A stretch of DNA of 64,000 bases, from the sequence record PZ026127.1; one strand, 5' to 3'. The stretch's first letter is position 1, and each line of letters opens with the position of its first letter. The position numbers were made by a program, and so were the translations under genes. This document shows, one piece after another, positions 17,096 through 26,213 of this stretch. Under the pieces are notes generated by a model. That model was not told the origin of the DNA, searched no databases, and was given only the letters and a program-made list of their open reading frames with translations. This DNA comes from a phage.

Positions 17096-17710
17096 ATGTT
17101 ATATCCAAGCCATAAATTAGCAGAATTTATCAACAATGCCAAATGCGATGATTTCCGTGAGAATACTCAGATAGAAATTGATGAGGTGTATTCTGATTTA
17201 GAACAGAGTACCCTCTGGCAGTGTATGGAAAATAAACCGGATACTATCCAGGAAACTCTGAACAAAATTATTCGTAAGAACCTGACTTCTGTAGTGCCTG
17301 ACAAGTTGTACCGTGGGATTTCTAAGAAGACTATGGCATATCTTGAATCTACTATGTGTGTAGGTGCCGTAATTGAATTCGACCGAGTAATGAGCTTCTC
17401 AAAAGATTTCAATGTAGCTCGTAACTTCGCATCTTATAACTTCTACGGCACATTTAATATCTTTTGTATTAATGATGCACCATTTGTGTACAATTATCAG
17501 GAAGAAATCTTTAAAATGTTATGTGCCGCGCCCCCTGAAGAGTTCCCAGGTGCATTTCCTGAATCTACCCGTGTAGCAAACTTACAATTAATCAATGATG
17601 AAGATGAGATGATGTTCCCTGCGGGAACTACGCTGCGCGTAGACTCTATTGAGAGAAATCCTAAATGGAATAATTACACCATTTGGAATCTTTCCGTTCT
17701 TTCTTACTGA
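17096..17710 (+). CDS. ADP-ribosyltransferase, ModA/ModB family paralog
   Basis: 204 aa; LYRG, MSFSKD and EDEMMFPAG motifs; tandem with preceding paralog. Confidence 0.7.
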   Translation: MLYPSHKLAEFINNAKCDDFRENTQIEIDEVYSDLEQSTLWQCMENKPDTIQETLNKIIRKNLTSVVPDKLYRGISKKTMAYLESTMCVGAVIEFDRVMSFSKDFNVARNFASYNFYGTFNIFCINDAPFVYNYQEEIFKMLCAAPPEEFPGAFPESTRVANLQLINDEDEMMFPAGTTLRVDSIERNPKWNNYTIWNLSVLSY

Positions 17711-17778
17711 ACCACCCGGTTTAATTGAAAGGCAAAGTCCTTGATTCATTATACCGTCGAAAATTTAAAGCAAAAAAG

Positions 17779-17808
17779 TGTTTACTTTACCGAGCAACAT
17801 GATACTAT
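17779..17808 (+). promoter_or_regulatory. early promoter
   Basis: GTTTAC ... TGATACTAT with downstream CCTATCAGC box. Confidence 0.5.
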
Positions 17809-17848
17809 AGACCTATCAGCTAATCGTCCGTAAGATGAGAAAAATATT

Positions 17849-18598
17849 ATGCCTACTATTAAAACTAACGATGAATTTGAGTTAAAGGTTTACAAACGTC
17901 GCGAACACACTAAAGCCTCTGCCAAAAAACGTGGTAAGGACTTTAACCTGTCTAGTAAGTACGTTCGTAGACTTCTTGAACAAAAAGTGTGTGCATATTC
18001 AGGCGAGCGCTTTGATGAGAATTCAGATAAAGATAAGATTTCGTTTGAACGCTTTAACAACGATATAGGTTATATCGAAGGTAATGTAATCCCGGTTAAA
18101 GTTAAGTACAACGGGTTGCGAGCTGATTTGTCTTTAGATGAATTGAAACGTGCACAGACTCGTTTAGCGTCCCGTATTTCAGGTGGTTCTAAAATGCCTA
18201 ATAGTTTTAAAGTTACCCCAGATAATTATTATAAAATTCGTAAAATAGTTAAAAATATTAAAGATACCCAAAGAGGTCTTAAAAAGCGTGAAAAACGTCT
18301 TAAGGACCTTATTAAATCAGGAGCCACTGATAATACCCCTTCTGTCATCGCGGTTAAGGCCCGTATCCATGGTTCTAACGCTTCAATAGGTACTATGGAA
18401 AAGGGTCTTAAATCTTTAATTGGTGGGCCTGATTGGCGTGTCAAGTTTAAATTGTCTGAAGCAGAAACGCGTTACGATATGTATGATAAAATTATTCAAG
18501 GTCTGGAGCGTTTAGAACACCTTTCTTTTATTGACAAAATGAAGTTGAAAAAAGGTCTTCCGCTGAATGCTTCAATTTTTTCACTGATTAGAGGTTAA
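17849..18598 (+). CDS. hypothetical basic protein at the position of T4 srd; contains degenerate HNH-like segment
   Basis: 249 aa; CAYSGERF ... GYIEGNVIPV resembles an HNH core with catalytic residues substituted. Confidence 0.45.
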   Translation: MPTIKTNDEFELKVYKRREHTKASAKKRGKDFNLSSKYVRRLLEQKVCAYSGERFDENSDKDKISFERFNNDIGYIEGNVIPVKVKYNGLRADLSLDELKRAQTRLASRISGGSKMPNSFKVTPDNYYKIRKIVKNIKDTQRGLKKREKRLKDLIKSGATDNTPSVIAVKARIHGSNASIGTMEKGLKSLIGGPDWRVKFKLSEAETRYDMYDKIIQGLERLEHLSFIDKMKLKKGLPLNASIFSLIRG

Positions 18599-18599
18599 C

Positions 18600-18899
18600 G
18601 TGATGTACTATGCATACGTATTAGTTCACAAGGACAAAGACGGGTACGAAATTCCATTAGAAGAGGCCGGTGAGGTGACTTTGTATTCGACAAAGATTGG
18701 AGCCGATACCGCTCTATCCGTTTATGAAATGTCAACAAAAAGATATCTTCGGCTTGGACGCCTTGAAACGGTGTGCACACCTAGAAAATGGTGGTTTGAT
18801 AAGTGGGAAACTAAAACAGTATATCCTACCGAAGAACGAGCCCGAGAACTTAAATTAGTTTTAGACACTTTATATGTTAAGCGAGTAAAATTGGCATGA
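18600..18899 (+). CDS. hypothetical protein
   Basis: 99 aa ORF between srd-position gene and dda. Confidence 0.45.
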   Translation: MMYYAYVLVHKDKDGYEIPLEEAGEVTLYSTKIGADTALSVYEMSTKRYLRLGRLETVCTPRKWWFDKWETKTVYPTEERARELKLVLDTLYVKRVKLA

Positions 18900-20227
18900 T
18901 TACATTTGAAGACTTGAACATCGGCCAGAGGACGGCCTTTAAAGAAATCATTGAAGCTATTAAACGACGTAAGGGCGAATGGATTACATTGAACGGCCCT
19001 GCTGGTACGGGTAAAACAACCCTTACCAAATTTATTCTTGACCATCTAGTCAAGAATGGTGAACTCGGAGTTATTTTGACTGCACCTACCCATGCGGCCA
19101 AAAAGGTGTTGTCGAAACTCGCAGGTCAAGAAGCATCAACAATTCATAGAATTCTAAAAATTAACCCTACTACGTACGAAGACCAGGACATCTTTGAACA
19201 ACGCGAAGCTCCTGACTTGAGCAAATGTAATGTTCTAGTTGTTGACGAAGGCTCGATGATTGACGGTAAGCTGTTTAAGATTATTGAATCCTCCGTGCCA
19301 CCATGGTGTACTGTATTAGGGATTGGCGACAGAGCTCAGCTACAGCCAGTGGAACCTGGAAGTGATGGTAGTCCGCAGTTGTCTCCATTCTTTACACATC
19401 CAAAAATCAAGCAATTGCATTTGACCGAAGTAATGCGTAGTAATGCTCCTATCATTGAGGTTGCTACCGAAATCCGTAATGGTGGGTGGTTTAGAGATTG
19501 TATATTCGAAGGACATGGTGTCCATGGTTTTAAATCTCAAACTGCTTTAAAAGATTTTATGATGAATTATTTTTCCATTGTAAAAGACGCGGATGCCTTA
19601 TTTGAAAATAGGATGTTTGCTTATACAAATAAATCGGTTGAAAAGCTGAATAGCATTATTCGTAAAAAGCTTTATGAAACCGATGCACCTTATATCAAGG
19701 GCGAAATCCTAGTGATGCAAGAGCCTTTTATGAAGGAACTTGAATACGATGGTAAGAAATTCTCTGAAACCATTTTTAATAATGGACAAATGGTTCGTAT
19801 TCTGGATGTGAACCATACCTCGTTGTTTTTGTCTGCTAAGGATGTAGGCACTCGTCAAATGATTAATTACTGGGACCTGCAAGTAGAATCTATCGATGAA
19901 GATGATGAGTATTATGTAGAGCATTTAAAGGTTATCGATGAGGCTTCAGTTGAGAAGTTCCATTATTTCTTGGCTAAGGTTGCTACTGAATACAAAGCCA
20001 TGCGTGGAACGGGTAAGAAACCTAAGTGGGCTGATTTCTGGAAAGCCAAGCGAATGTTCAGTAAGGTTCGAGCTCTTCCTGTGAGCACTGTTCATAAATC
20101 CCAAGGACTTACAGTCCAAAACAGTTTCATCTATACTCCATGCATGCATATGGCTGATGCGAATTTAGCTTCACAGCTGGCTTATGTTAGTATTACTCGT
20201 GCTCGTACTGACGCCTACTACGTTTGA
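18896..20227 (+). CDS. dda: Dda DNA helicase (SF1B)
   Basis: 443 aa; Walker A GPAGTGKTT and strong overall match to T4 Dda. Confidence 0.9.
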   Translation: MITFEDLNIGQRTAFKEIIEAIKRRKGEWITLNGPAGTGKTTLTKFILDHLVKNGELGVILTAPTHAAKKVLSKLAGQEASTIHRILKINPTTYEDQDIFEQREAPDLSKCNVLVVDEGSMIDGKLFKIIESSVPPWCTVLGIGDRAQLQPVEPGSDGSPQLSPFFTHPKIKQLHLTEVMRSNAPIIEVATEIRNGGWFRDCIFEGHGVHGFKSQTALKDFMMNYFSIVKDADALFENRMFAYTNKSVEKLNSIIRKKLYETDAPYIKGEILVMQEPFMKELEYDGKKFSETIFNNGQMVRILDVNHTSLFLSAKDVGTRQMINYWDLQVESIDEDDEYYVEHLKVIDEASVEKFHYFLAKVATEYKAMRGTGKKPKWADFWKAKRMFSKVRALPVSTVHKSQGLTVQNSFIYTPCMHMADANLASQLAYVSITRARTDAYYV

Positions 20228-20234
20228 GGAAAAT

Positions 20235-20474
20235 ATGATTAAAGTAACTAAAGACCAATTTTATAAGTTGAAATTCGAAACCGAACATATTATTAAAGTC
20301 AACCAAAATAATATCAGCATTAGGCAAAAGGCCCATACTGTCCTGAACTCTCTTAAAGAGATTGAAAGTGATTTTATTGCAGTACAAAATCTGATGGACG
20401 ACAATATCTCTTCGGTTTATATTGAAGACTACACCGTTGGCCAAATCCGAGACCTTATGAGGTACGTTAAATGA
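20235..20474 (+). CDS. hypothetical small protein
   Basis: 79 aa from ATG 20235 after GAGGAAAA. Confidence 0.45.
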   Translation: MIKVTKDQFYKLKFETEHIIKVNQNNISIRQKAHTVLNSLKEIESDFIAVQNLMDDNISSVYIEDYTVGQIRDLMRYVK

Positions 20475-21145
20475 AAGATATAATTATTGACTTTGAAACC
20501 TTTGCCACTACTCAAAATGCAGCGGTTATCGACCTAGCCGTAATTGCTTACGACCCTAATCCAGAGGTTGTAGAAACGTTTGAAGAGCTTACTCAACGAG
20601 GCCTTCGTATTAAATTTGACCTCGCTTCTCAACGTGATAAACGACTGTTTTCTAAAAGCACGTTGCAGTGGTGGAAAGAGCAAGGGCCTGAAGCGCGTAA
20701 AAACCTGGCTCCATCTGAAATTGATGTGTCCACTTCTATTGGTCTCGGTAATTTCCTGGAATACTGCCGTAAAAACGAAGTAGACCAATGGAAATCCCAG
20801 ATGTGGTGTCGTGGAATGTCCTTTGACTTTCCTATCTTAGTCGACCTTATTCGTGATGCTTATCGTTCTGAAGGGGTTCCTGAGAATGAAATCGATACCA
20901 GTAAATTAGAACCGGTTAAATTCTGGAACCAACGTGACATCCGTACAGCTATTGAAGCATATTCACTAACTCGTGGATTGAGCATGTGTCCTCTGCCTAA
21001 CGGAACATTGAACGGCTTTGTTGCTCATGACTCCATCCATGACTGTGCTAAGGATATCTTGATGCTGAAATATGCCCAACGTTATGCCTTAGGCCTGGAA
21101 GATGTCCCTGAGAATCCGGACCCATTAAGTATAAAAAATCGATAA
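20471..21145 (+). CDS. dexA: exonuclease A (DnaQ-like 3'-5' exonuclease)
   Basis: 224 aa, N-terminal DFET exonuclease motif; position after dda as in T4. Confidence 0.8.
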   Translation: MKDIIIDFETFATTQNAAVIDLAVIAYDPNPEVVETFEELTQRGLRIKFDLASQRDKRLFSKSTLQWWKEQGPEARKNLAPSEIDVSTSIGLGNFLEYCRKNEVDQWKSQMWCRGMSFDFPILVDLIRDAYRSEGVPENEIDTSKLEPVKFWNQRDIRTAIEAYSLTRGLSMCPLPNGTLNGFVAHDSIHDCAKDILMLKYAQRYALGLEDVPENPDPLSIKNR

Positions 21146-21148
21146 AAG

Positions 21149-21179
21149 TGTTTACTTCTCCTCATGACATGATATTATC
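21149..21179 (+). promoter_or_regulatory. early promoter with embedded inverted repeat
   Basis: GTTTAC, TGATATTAT; CTCCTCATG in spacer pairs with CATGAGGAG at the RBS. Confidence 0.5.
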
Positions 21180-21205
21180 TACCCTATCAACATGAGGAGA
21201 ACAAA

Positions 21206-21715
21206 ATGAAAATTTATCGAGTGGAGTCATCGTTCAGTATCTTAGATAACAGCGATGTTATAGCAATCACTCACCAACAGTGCCGCCAATTAACACCGTA
21301 TAGAGGCTCGTTTGATGAATGGAGCGAAGGTTGGTTATTAGAAGTAGGTTTCGACAAACCTAATTTTAGACACCACCATACCAATAATAAAAATATTCCA
21401 CTACCAGGTCAAGACAAGTTGTTGGTGGAAAATTCTAATAAAACCATTCGAACTAAGTGGAACCAGCCTGATTATGAAGGCTGTGATGATTATATTCCAG
21501 GTTGGTTTGTTAATCTCTACCATTTTGCTTTTGCCAGTGAGTATGATATGATGCGCTGGTTCACTCGTGAAGAGCGTGAAGAATTATCTTCTAAAGGATT
21601 CTATCTTGCCGTTTACGAAATCCCTGAAGATGAGGTTGTCATTGGTGGCCGCCAAGTAATGTTCCGCAAATCCCATGCTGAACTCGTAGATTTTATTGAA
21701 TTGAGAACAATATGA
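21206..21715 (+). CDS. hypothetical protein
   Basis: 169 aa ORF with GAGGAGAA RBS. Confidence 0.5.
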   Translation: MKIYRVESSFSILDNSDVIAITHQQCRQLTPYRGSFDEWSEGWLLEVGFDKPNFRHHHTNNKNIPLPGQDKLLVENSNKTIRTKWNQPDYEGCDDYIPGWFVNLYHFAFASEYDMMRWFTREEREELSSKGFYLAVYEIPEDEVVIGGRQVMFRKSHAELVDFIELRTI

Positions 21716-22260
21716 AATTTAATTACAACCCTAAATACACCCCGAATCCGGCAGCTAAACTGATTGATTTTGATGTTTTAAGCACTTATGTATGCCCTGT
21801 TAAACCACTGGAAATTAAGGAACCTGCTATGAATACTCAGACTATCGAAATCGGCAAAACCTACAAACTGGTTGAACCTGAAATTAAAACTAAGGCCTTG
21901 ATTTCTGGCCATAAAACTCTGACTGAGGTTTTTGGCGAAGGCGAATTTATTGTTGAAGAATTTACCAAAAGTGACTGGTTTACTAAATCTTACGTCATCC
22001 ACGGCCGTCGATTAGATAATAACAAAATAGAGAAAATCTTGGTTTATGAAGATGAGTTCATCCTGTTCCAAGAAGTTGAAGAACAAGACCCTACCGACCT
22101 TCTGTGTGCTGCTGTGTCTATCCGTCGTCCTTTTGATAATCCTATCTGTGGTTGGGTAACAGACCAGTGGGTTGAAGACGGTGTTGAGCTGCTGAACGTT
22201 GTACATGCTGGTGATTTTAGCGTAGTACCTCGTAGTGCAGTGGTTAATGTATTGAATTAG
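21712..22260 (+). CDS. hypothetical protein, paralog A
   Basis: 182 aa; C-terminal GWVTDQWVEDGVELLNVVHAGDFSVVP shared with next gene. Confidence 0.5.
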   Translation: MKFNYNPKYTPNPAAKLIDFDVLSTYVCPVKPLEIKEPAMNTQTIEIGKTYKLVEPEIKTKALISGHKTLTEVFGEGEFIVEEFTKSDWFTKSYVIHGRRLDNNKIEKILVYEDEFILFQEVEEQDPTDLLCAAVSIRRPFDNPICGWVTDQWVEDGVELLNVVHAGDFSVVPRSAVVNVLN

Positions 22261-22333
22261 TAGTTTACTTTATCGAGAGCCATGTTATAATGGCTCTCAT
22301 GGAGAATAAACTTATTAACCAAGAGAGAAAATT

Positions 22334-22885
22334 ATGATTACTATCGGTGAAATTGTTCGTGTATCCAAAGAATCTCGCTCAAAAGCCGCGGGTCGTTTTG
22401 TTGAAGTTGCTGGTATTCGTACTAATTTAGTAGGTGGAATTAAAGAAGTTAAAGTGCGTATTATTCCTAAAAATGGCCAGACTGAAACTCAATTCGCTTA
22501 TGTGCATCCTAAATTCCTGGAATCAACTGAATTCACTGGACACATCGCTCCTGTAGTTGAAGAAGTTGAATCCCATGATGGGTATGTATGTGAAAGCAAT
22601 GATATCCGTGGCGTAGTAGCTCAAGACGTTGAAACTATTGACCAATCTCATGTTGGTGTTGATTTCAAATGGAAATTAGGTAAAGGTGTCTTTTTCGTTT
22701 CACCTAAACCGTTTGAATACAATTGCAAGTATGGTCCGACTTATGAAACCACTAGTATGTCCGGTTACATCACAGACCAATGGGTTGAAGAAGGTGTTAA
22801 GCTGTATAACATCGTGTTCCTTGGCACCTTTAAAGTAGTTCCTGAAAGTTTTATTGTTGAGTACGCTGATATTCATTTTGCATAA
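22334..22885 (+). CDS. hypothetical protein, paralog B
   Basis: 183 aa; C-terminal GYITDQWVEEGVKLYNIVFLGTFKVVP. Confidence 0.5.
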   Translation: MITIGEIVRVSKESRSKAAGRFVEVAGIRTNLVGGIKEVKVRIIPKNGQTETQFAYVHPKFLESTEFTGHIAPVVEEVESHDGYVCESNDIRGVVAQDVETIDQSHVGVDFKWKLGKGVFFVSPKPFEYNCKYGPTYETTSMSGYITDQWVEEGVKLYNIVFLGTFKVVPESFIVEYADIHFA

Positions 22886-22957
22886 AGTTTAAAAACAGTA
22901 TACAACAGGGTAGTAGTGTGATACTATTACCCTATCAACAAATGAGAGGAAAATAAA

Positions 22958-23176
22958 ATGGCTAAAGTTACTGTGAACTCGACTCGTGAAGAATTTGAAG
23001 ATGTTCTGTTCAACCCTGATTTAATCGTGGTTCAAAAGGAACATTCTGATACGTTTTCTCATTTATCGTCGGTTTATGTATACGAAAACCAAGGTGATGA
23101 AAACCCTATCTATGCGGTGTTCCGTGAAATCACTGCTGAAGGCACCGACTTCTGGAAGGAAACTTATAATGCTTAA
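22958..23176 (+). CDS. hypothetical small protein
   Basis: 72 aa, RBS GAGAGGAAAA. Confidence 0.5.
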   Translation: MAKVTVNSTREEFEDVLFNPDLIVVQKEHSDTFSHLSSVYVYENQGDENPIYAVFREITAEGTDFWKETYNA

Positions 23177-23606
23177 TCAAGAACTTGAATTTGAAAAAGG
23201 TAAATGGTACTATTTTAAAGATGATGCGGCAGAAGCTGAATTCCGTAAGCTGAATTCCCATAATATTAGGAATCCTAATAATTCTTCTATAGCAGATATC
23301 ATTGTCAATTCTGAAGGTTTTTGCCCTGTTAGATTAGCGGCAGGTTATGTGATGAACGTGGACTTGGCTTATGGTGATAACACTGATATGGTTTTATATC
23401 CAAGCGAGCGTAAATTCTTTACGGAAATGGTTGTAGTTGACAGTGAAGACGAATGGGCCGAAGATGGTTTCTCTGAAGACGAAGACACGTCTGAAGATGC
23501 AGCTCCATTCGAACCGAGTGATTTTCCTTTAACTAAAATCACTATCTCTAATAATTCTGAAGCCTGGTCAGTTTTCCAGATGTTGAAAGCTCACTTTAAG
23601 GAATAA
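23169..23606 (+). CDS. hypothetical acidic protein
   Basis: 145 aa from ATG 23169 overlapping upstream stop; acidic C-terminal stretch. Confidence 0.45.
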   Translation: MLNQELEFEKGKWYYFKDDAAEAEFRKLNSHNIRNPNNSSIADIIVNSEGFCPVRLAAGYVMNVDLAYGDNTDMVLYPSERKFFTEMVVVDSEDEWAEDGFSEDEDTSEDAAPFEPSDFPLTKITISNNSEAWSVFQMLKAHFKE

Positions 23607-23607
23607 T

Positions 23608-23784
23608 ATGCCACTTTATGATTACAAATGCCAATCTGAAGACTGTGCAAAAGAATACGAAAAAATCAAGAAAATCTCTGAAAGAGATAATGATGTTTGT
23701 CCTGATTGCCATCGGCTGGCTGTTCGGTTAGTCTCGGCTCCTAAACATGTTAATGGCGGTTTTTACGACCTGCTGACTAAGTGA
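23608..23784 (+). CDS. zinc-ribbon protein (FmdB-like MPxYxYxC family)
   Basis: 58 aa; MPLYDYKCQSEDC ... CPDCH two Cys pairs. Confidence 0.45.
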   Translation: MPLYDYKCQSEDCAKEYEKIKKISERDNDVCPDCHRLAVRLVSAPKHVNGGFYDLLTK

Positions 23785-23790
23785 GAAATT

Positions 23791-24051
23791 ATGAAATATA
23801 TTAATCGTTCTATTGCAGCTCTCGTATTAGCAGTTTCTTTGGTTGGATGTACTGATGCCGATAATGCTACCCGTGTATTGGATGCAAATGGCTACGAACA
23901 AATCCAAATCACAGGATACAACCTATTTGGCTGCTCTGAAGATGATTTCCAACGTACAGGCTTTATTGCTGTGGGTCCGACAGGTAAAAGGGTTGAAGGA
24001 ACTGTTTGTTCTGGATTATTCTTTAAAAAGTCGACCATTCGATTTGATTAA
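23791..24051 (+). CDS. predicted lipoprotein
   Basis: 86 aa; signal and lipobox LAVSLVGC. Confidence 0.5.
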   Translation: MKYINRSIAALVLAVSLVGCTDADNATRVLDANGYEQIQITGYNLFGCSEDDFQRTGFIAVGPTGKRVEGTVCSGLFFKKSTIRFD

Positions 24052-24067
24052 GGGCTTCGGCCCTTTT
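24052..24067 (+). terminator. intrinsic terminator (GGGC-UUCG-GCCC plus U tract)
   Basis: gggcttcggccc tttt before gene 39. Confidence 0.6.
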
Positions 24068-24117
24068 ATGCTTTAAGTGAAATGGGATAATATTCTCCTA
24101 CTACATGAGGAAATAAC

Positions 24118-25935
24118 ATGATTAAGAATGAAATTAAAGTACTGTCCGACATTGAACATATCAAAAAACGTAGTGGGATGTATATTGGCTCAAGTGCTAA
24201 TGAAGCTCACAGTCGATTCCTGTTTGGTAATTTTACACAGGTAAACTATGTTCCTGGACTGGTTAAATTAATTGATGAAATCATTGATAACTCTGTCGAT
24301 GAAGCTATTCGTACCAATTTTAAATTCGCAAATAAAATTGATGTTCAAATTAAGAATAACCAGGTTTCAGTTTCTGATAATGGTCGTGGTATTCCACAAG
24401 CAATGGTCACCGACCAAAATGGTGAACAGATTCCAGGTCCTGTAGCTGCATGGACTATTCCAAAGGCAGGTGGTAACTTTGGAGATGACGCTGAGCGTAA
24501 GACAGGCGGCATGAATGGTGTCGGTAGTAGTTTAACTAATATCTTCTCTGTTTTGTTCACAGGCATCACCTCTGATGGTGAGAATGAGATTACTGTTAAC
24601 TGTTCAAACGGAATGGAAAACAAAGGTTGGTCTACTAAGAAATCTAAAGGTAAGGGTACTTCGGTTATATTCACCCCAGACTTTAATCATTTCGAAGAAA
24701 ATAGCCTGTCACAAATTTATCTGGATATTACATTAGACCGATTGCAAACTCTGGCCGTAGTTTATCCTGATATTCAATTTACTTTTAATGGTAAAAAAGT
24801 AGATGGCAACTTTAAAAAGTATGCTAAGCAATTTGGTGAAGACTTTGTAATCCAAGAAACCGATAATGTTTCGATGGCATTTACTCCTTCTCCGGATGGA
24901 TTCCGTCAACTGACTTATGTAAACAATATCCACACCAAGAATGGTGGCCACCACGTTGAATGCGTATTCGATGATATTTGTGAACACCTTCTGCCAGGCA
25001 TTAAAAAGAAATACCGTGGAATTGAAGTAACTAAAGCTCGTGTTAAAGAATGCCTTACGATGGTGATGTTCATTCGTGATATGAGCAACATGCGTTTTGA
25101 TTCACAGACTAAAGAACGTTTGACCTCTCCTTTTGGTGAGATTCGCAATCATATCCAAATTGATGCTAAGAAAATTGCTCAAGCCATTCTTAAAGTTGAT
25201 GGGTTGATTATGCCTATCGTTGAAGCTGCTTTAGCACGTAAATTAGCAGCTGAAAAGGCTGCCGAAACTAAAGCCGCTAAGAAAGCTTCTAAAGCCAAGG
25301 TCCATAAGCATATTAAAGCTAACCTATACGGCAAAGATGCTGATACAACCCTGTTCCTAACCGAAGGTGATTCCGCTATGGGTCCTTTCATTGAAGTTCG
25401 TAATAAAGACCTTCAAGGTGGTTACCCATTGCGTGGTAAGGTTATGAATACCTGGGGAATGACAGCAACAGATATCATGAAGAACAAGGAACTATTTGAT
25501 ATCTGTGCAATCACTGGACTTGTTATTGGCGAACCTGCAGAGAAAACTAACTATCGTAATATCGCTATTATGACTGATGCTGATGTGGATGGTACTGGTT
25601 CGATTTATCCATCATTGCTAGCCTTCTTTAGTCAATGGCCCGAATTGTTCGAACAAGGCCGAGTACGGTTCTGTAAAACTCCGGTGATTATTGCCCAGGT
25701 TGGTAAAGAACAGGAATGGTTCTATGACGTTCCTAGTTATACCAAAGCTAAGGACTCTCTACCAAAACATTCTATTCGGTACATCAAAGGACTAGGTTCT
25801 CTTGAGAAAGCTGAATATCGTCGAATGATTCAAGACCCTAAATTTGATGTGGTTCAATTACCTGAAGATTGGAAAGAACAGTTCGAAATGCTCCTTGGTA
25901 ATGACCCACAACTCCGTAAGGCCTGGATGTCGTAA
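24118..25935 (+). CDS. 39: DNA topoisomerase II large subunit (GyrB-like ATPase), uninterrupted 39/60-equivalent
   Basis: 605 aa single ORF with GHKL ATPase N-terminus and Toprim-like C-terminal half. Confidence 0.9.
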   Translation: MIKNEIKVLSDIEHIKKRSGMYIGSSANEAHSRFLFGNFTQVNYVPGLVKLIDEIIDNSVDEAIRTNFKFANKIDVQIKNNQVSVSDNGRGIPQAMVTDQNGEQIPGPVAAWTIPKAGGNFGDDAERKTGGMNGVGSSLTNIFSVLFTGITSDGENEITVNCSNGMENKGWSTKKSKGKGTSVIFTPDFNHFEENSLSQIYLDITLDRLQTLAVVYPDIQFTFNGKKVDGNFKKYAKQFGEDFVIQETDNVSMAFTPSPDGFRQLTYVNNIHTKNGGHHVECVFDDICEHLLPGIKKKYRGIEVTKARVKECLTMVMFIRDMSNMRFDSQTKERLTSPFGEIRNHIQIDAKKIAQAILKVDGLIMPIVEAALARKLAAEKAAETKAAKKASKAKVHKHIKANLYGKDADTTLFLTEGDSAMGPFIEVRNKDLQGGYPLRGKVMNTWGMTATDIMKNKELFDICAITGLVIGEPAEKTNYRNIAIMTDADVDGTGSIYPSLLAFFSQWPELFEQGRVRFCKTPVIIAQVGKEQEWFYDVPSYTKAKDSLPKHSIRYIKGLGSLEKAEYRRMIQDPKFDVVQLPEDWKEQFEMLLGNDPQLRKAWMS

Positions 25936-25979
25936 TAAATATGTATGGTACTAATTGGTGCCATACAAAAGGAGACTTT

Positions 25980-26141
25980 ATGAGAAAGTACTGGGTTACG
26001 CTCGTCACCGGTGAATACGGTTATATCTGGACTGATACTAGACCTCAGTTTGCAGAATACGTGACTATTACAGTCGAGACATGGGACGGCGAAGTTTACC
26101 AAACCCGCGGACAAGTCTATAAGGTCGATTCAAGTAACTAA
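25980..26141 (+). CDS. hypothetical small protein
   Basis: 53 aa from ATG 25980 after AGGAG. Confidence 0.4.
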   Translation: MRKYWVTLVTGEYGYIWTDTRPQFAEYVTITVETWDGEVYQTRGQVYKVDSSN

Positions 26142-26144
26142 TAA

Positions 26145-26164
26145 GGGCCTTCGGGCCCTTTTCG
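26145..26164 (+). terminator. intrinsic terminator (GGGCC-UUCG-GGCCC plus U tract)
   Basis: gggccttcgggccc tttt. Confidence 0.7.
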
Positions 26165-26213
26165 GGGTTTACAAAGACCTGTGGTTATGATAGGATTATT
26201 TAGAGGTGAGAAT

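Noticed and set aside
25700-26200. Search for a gene-60-style translational bypass element after gene 39
   Set aside because: Gene 39 is a single 605-aa ORF ending at 25935 and followed by unrelated small ORFs; no split gene.
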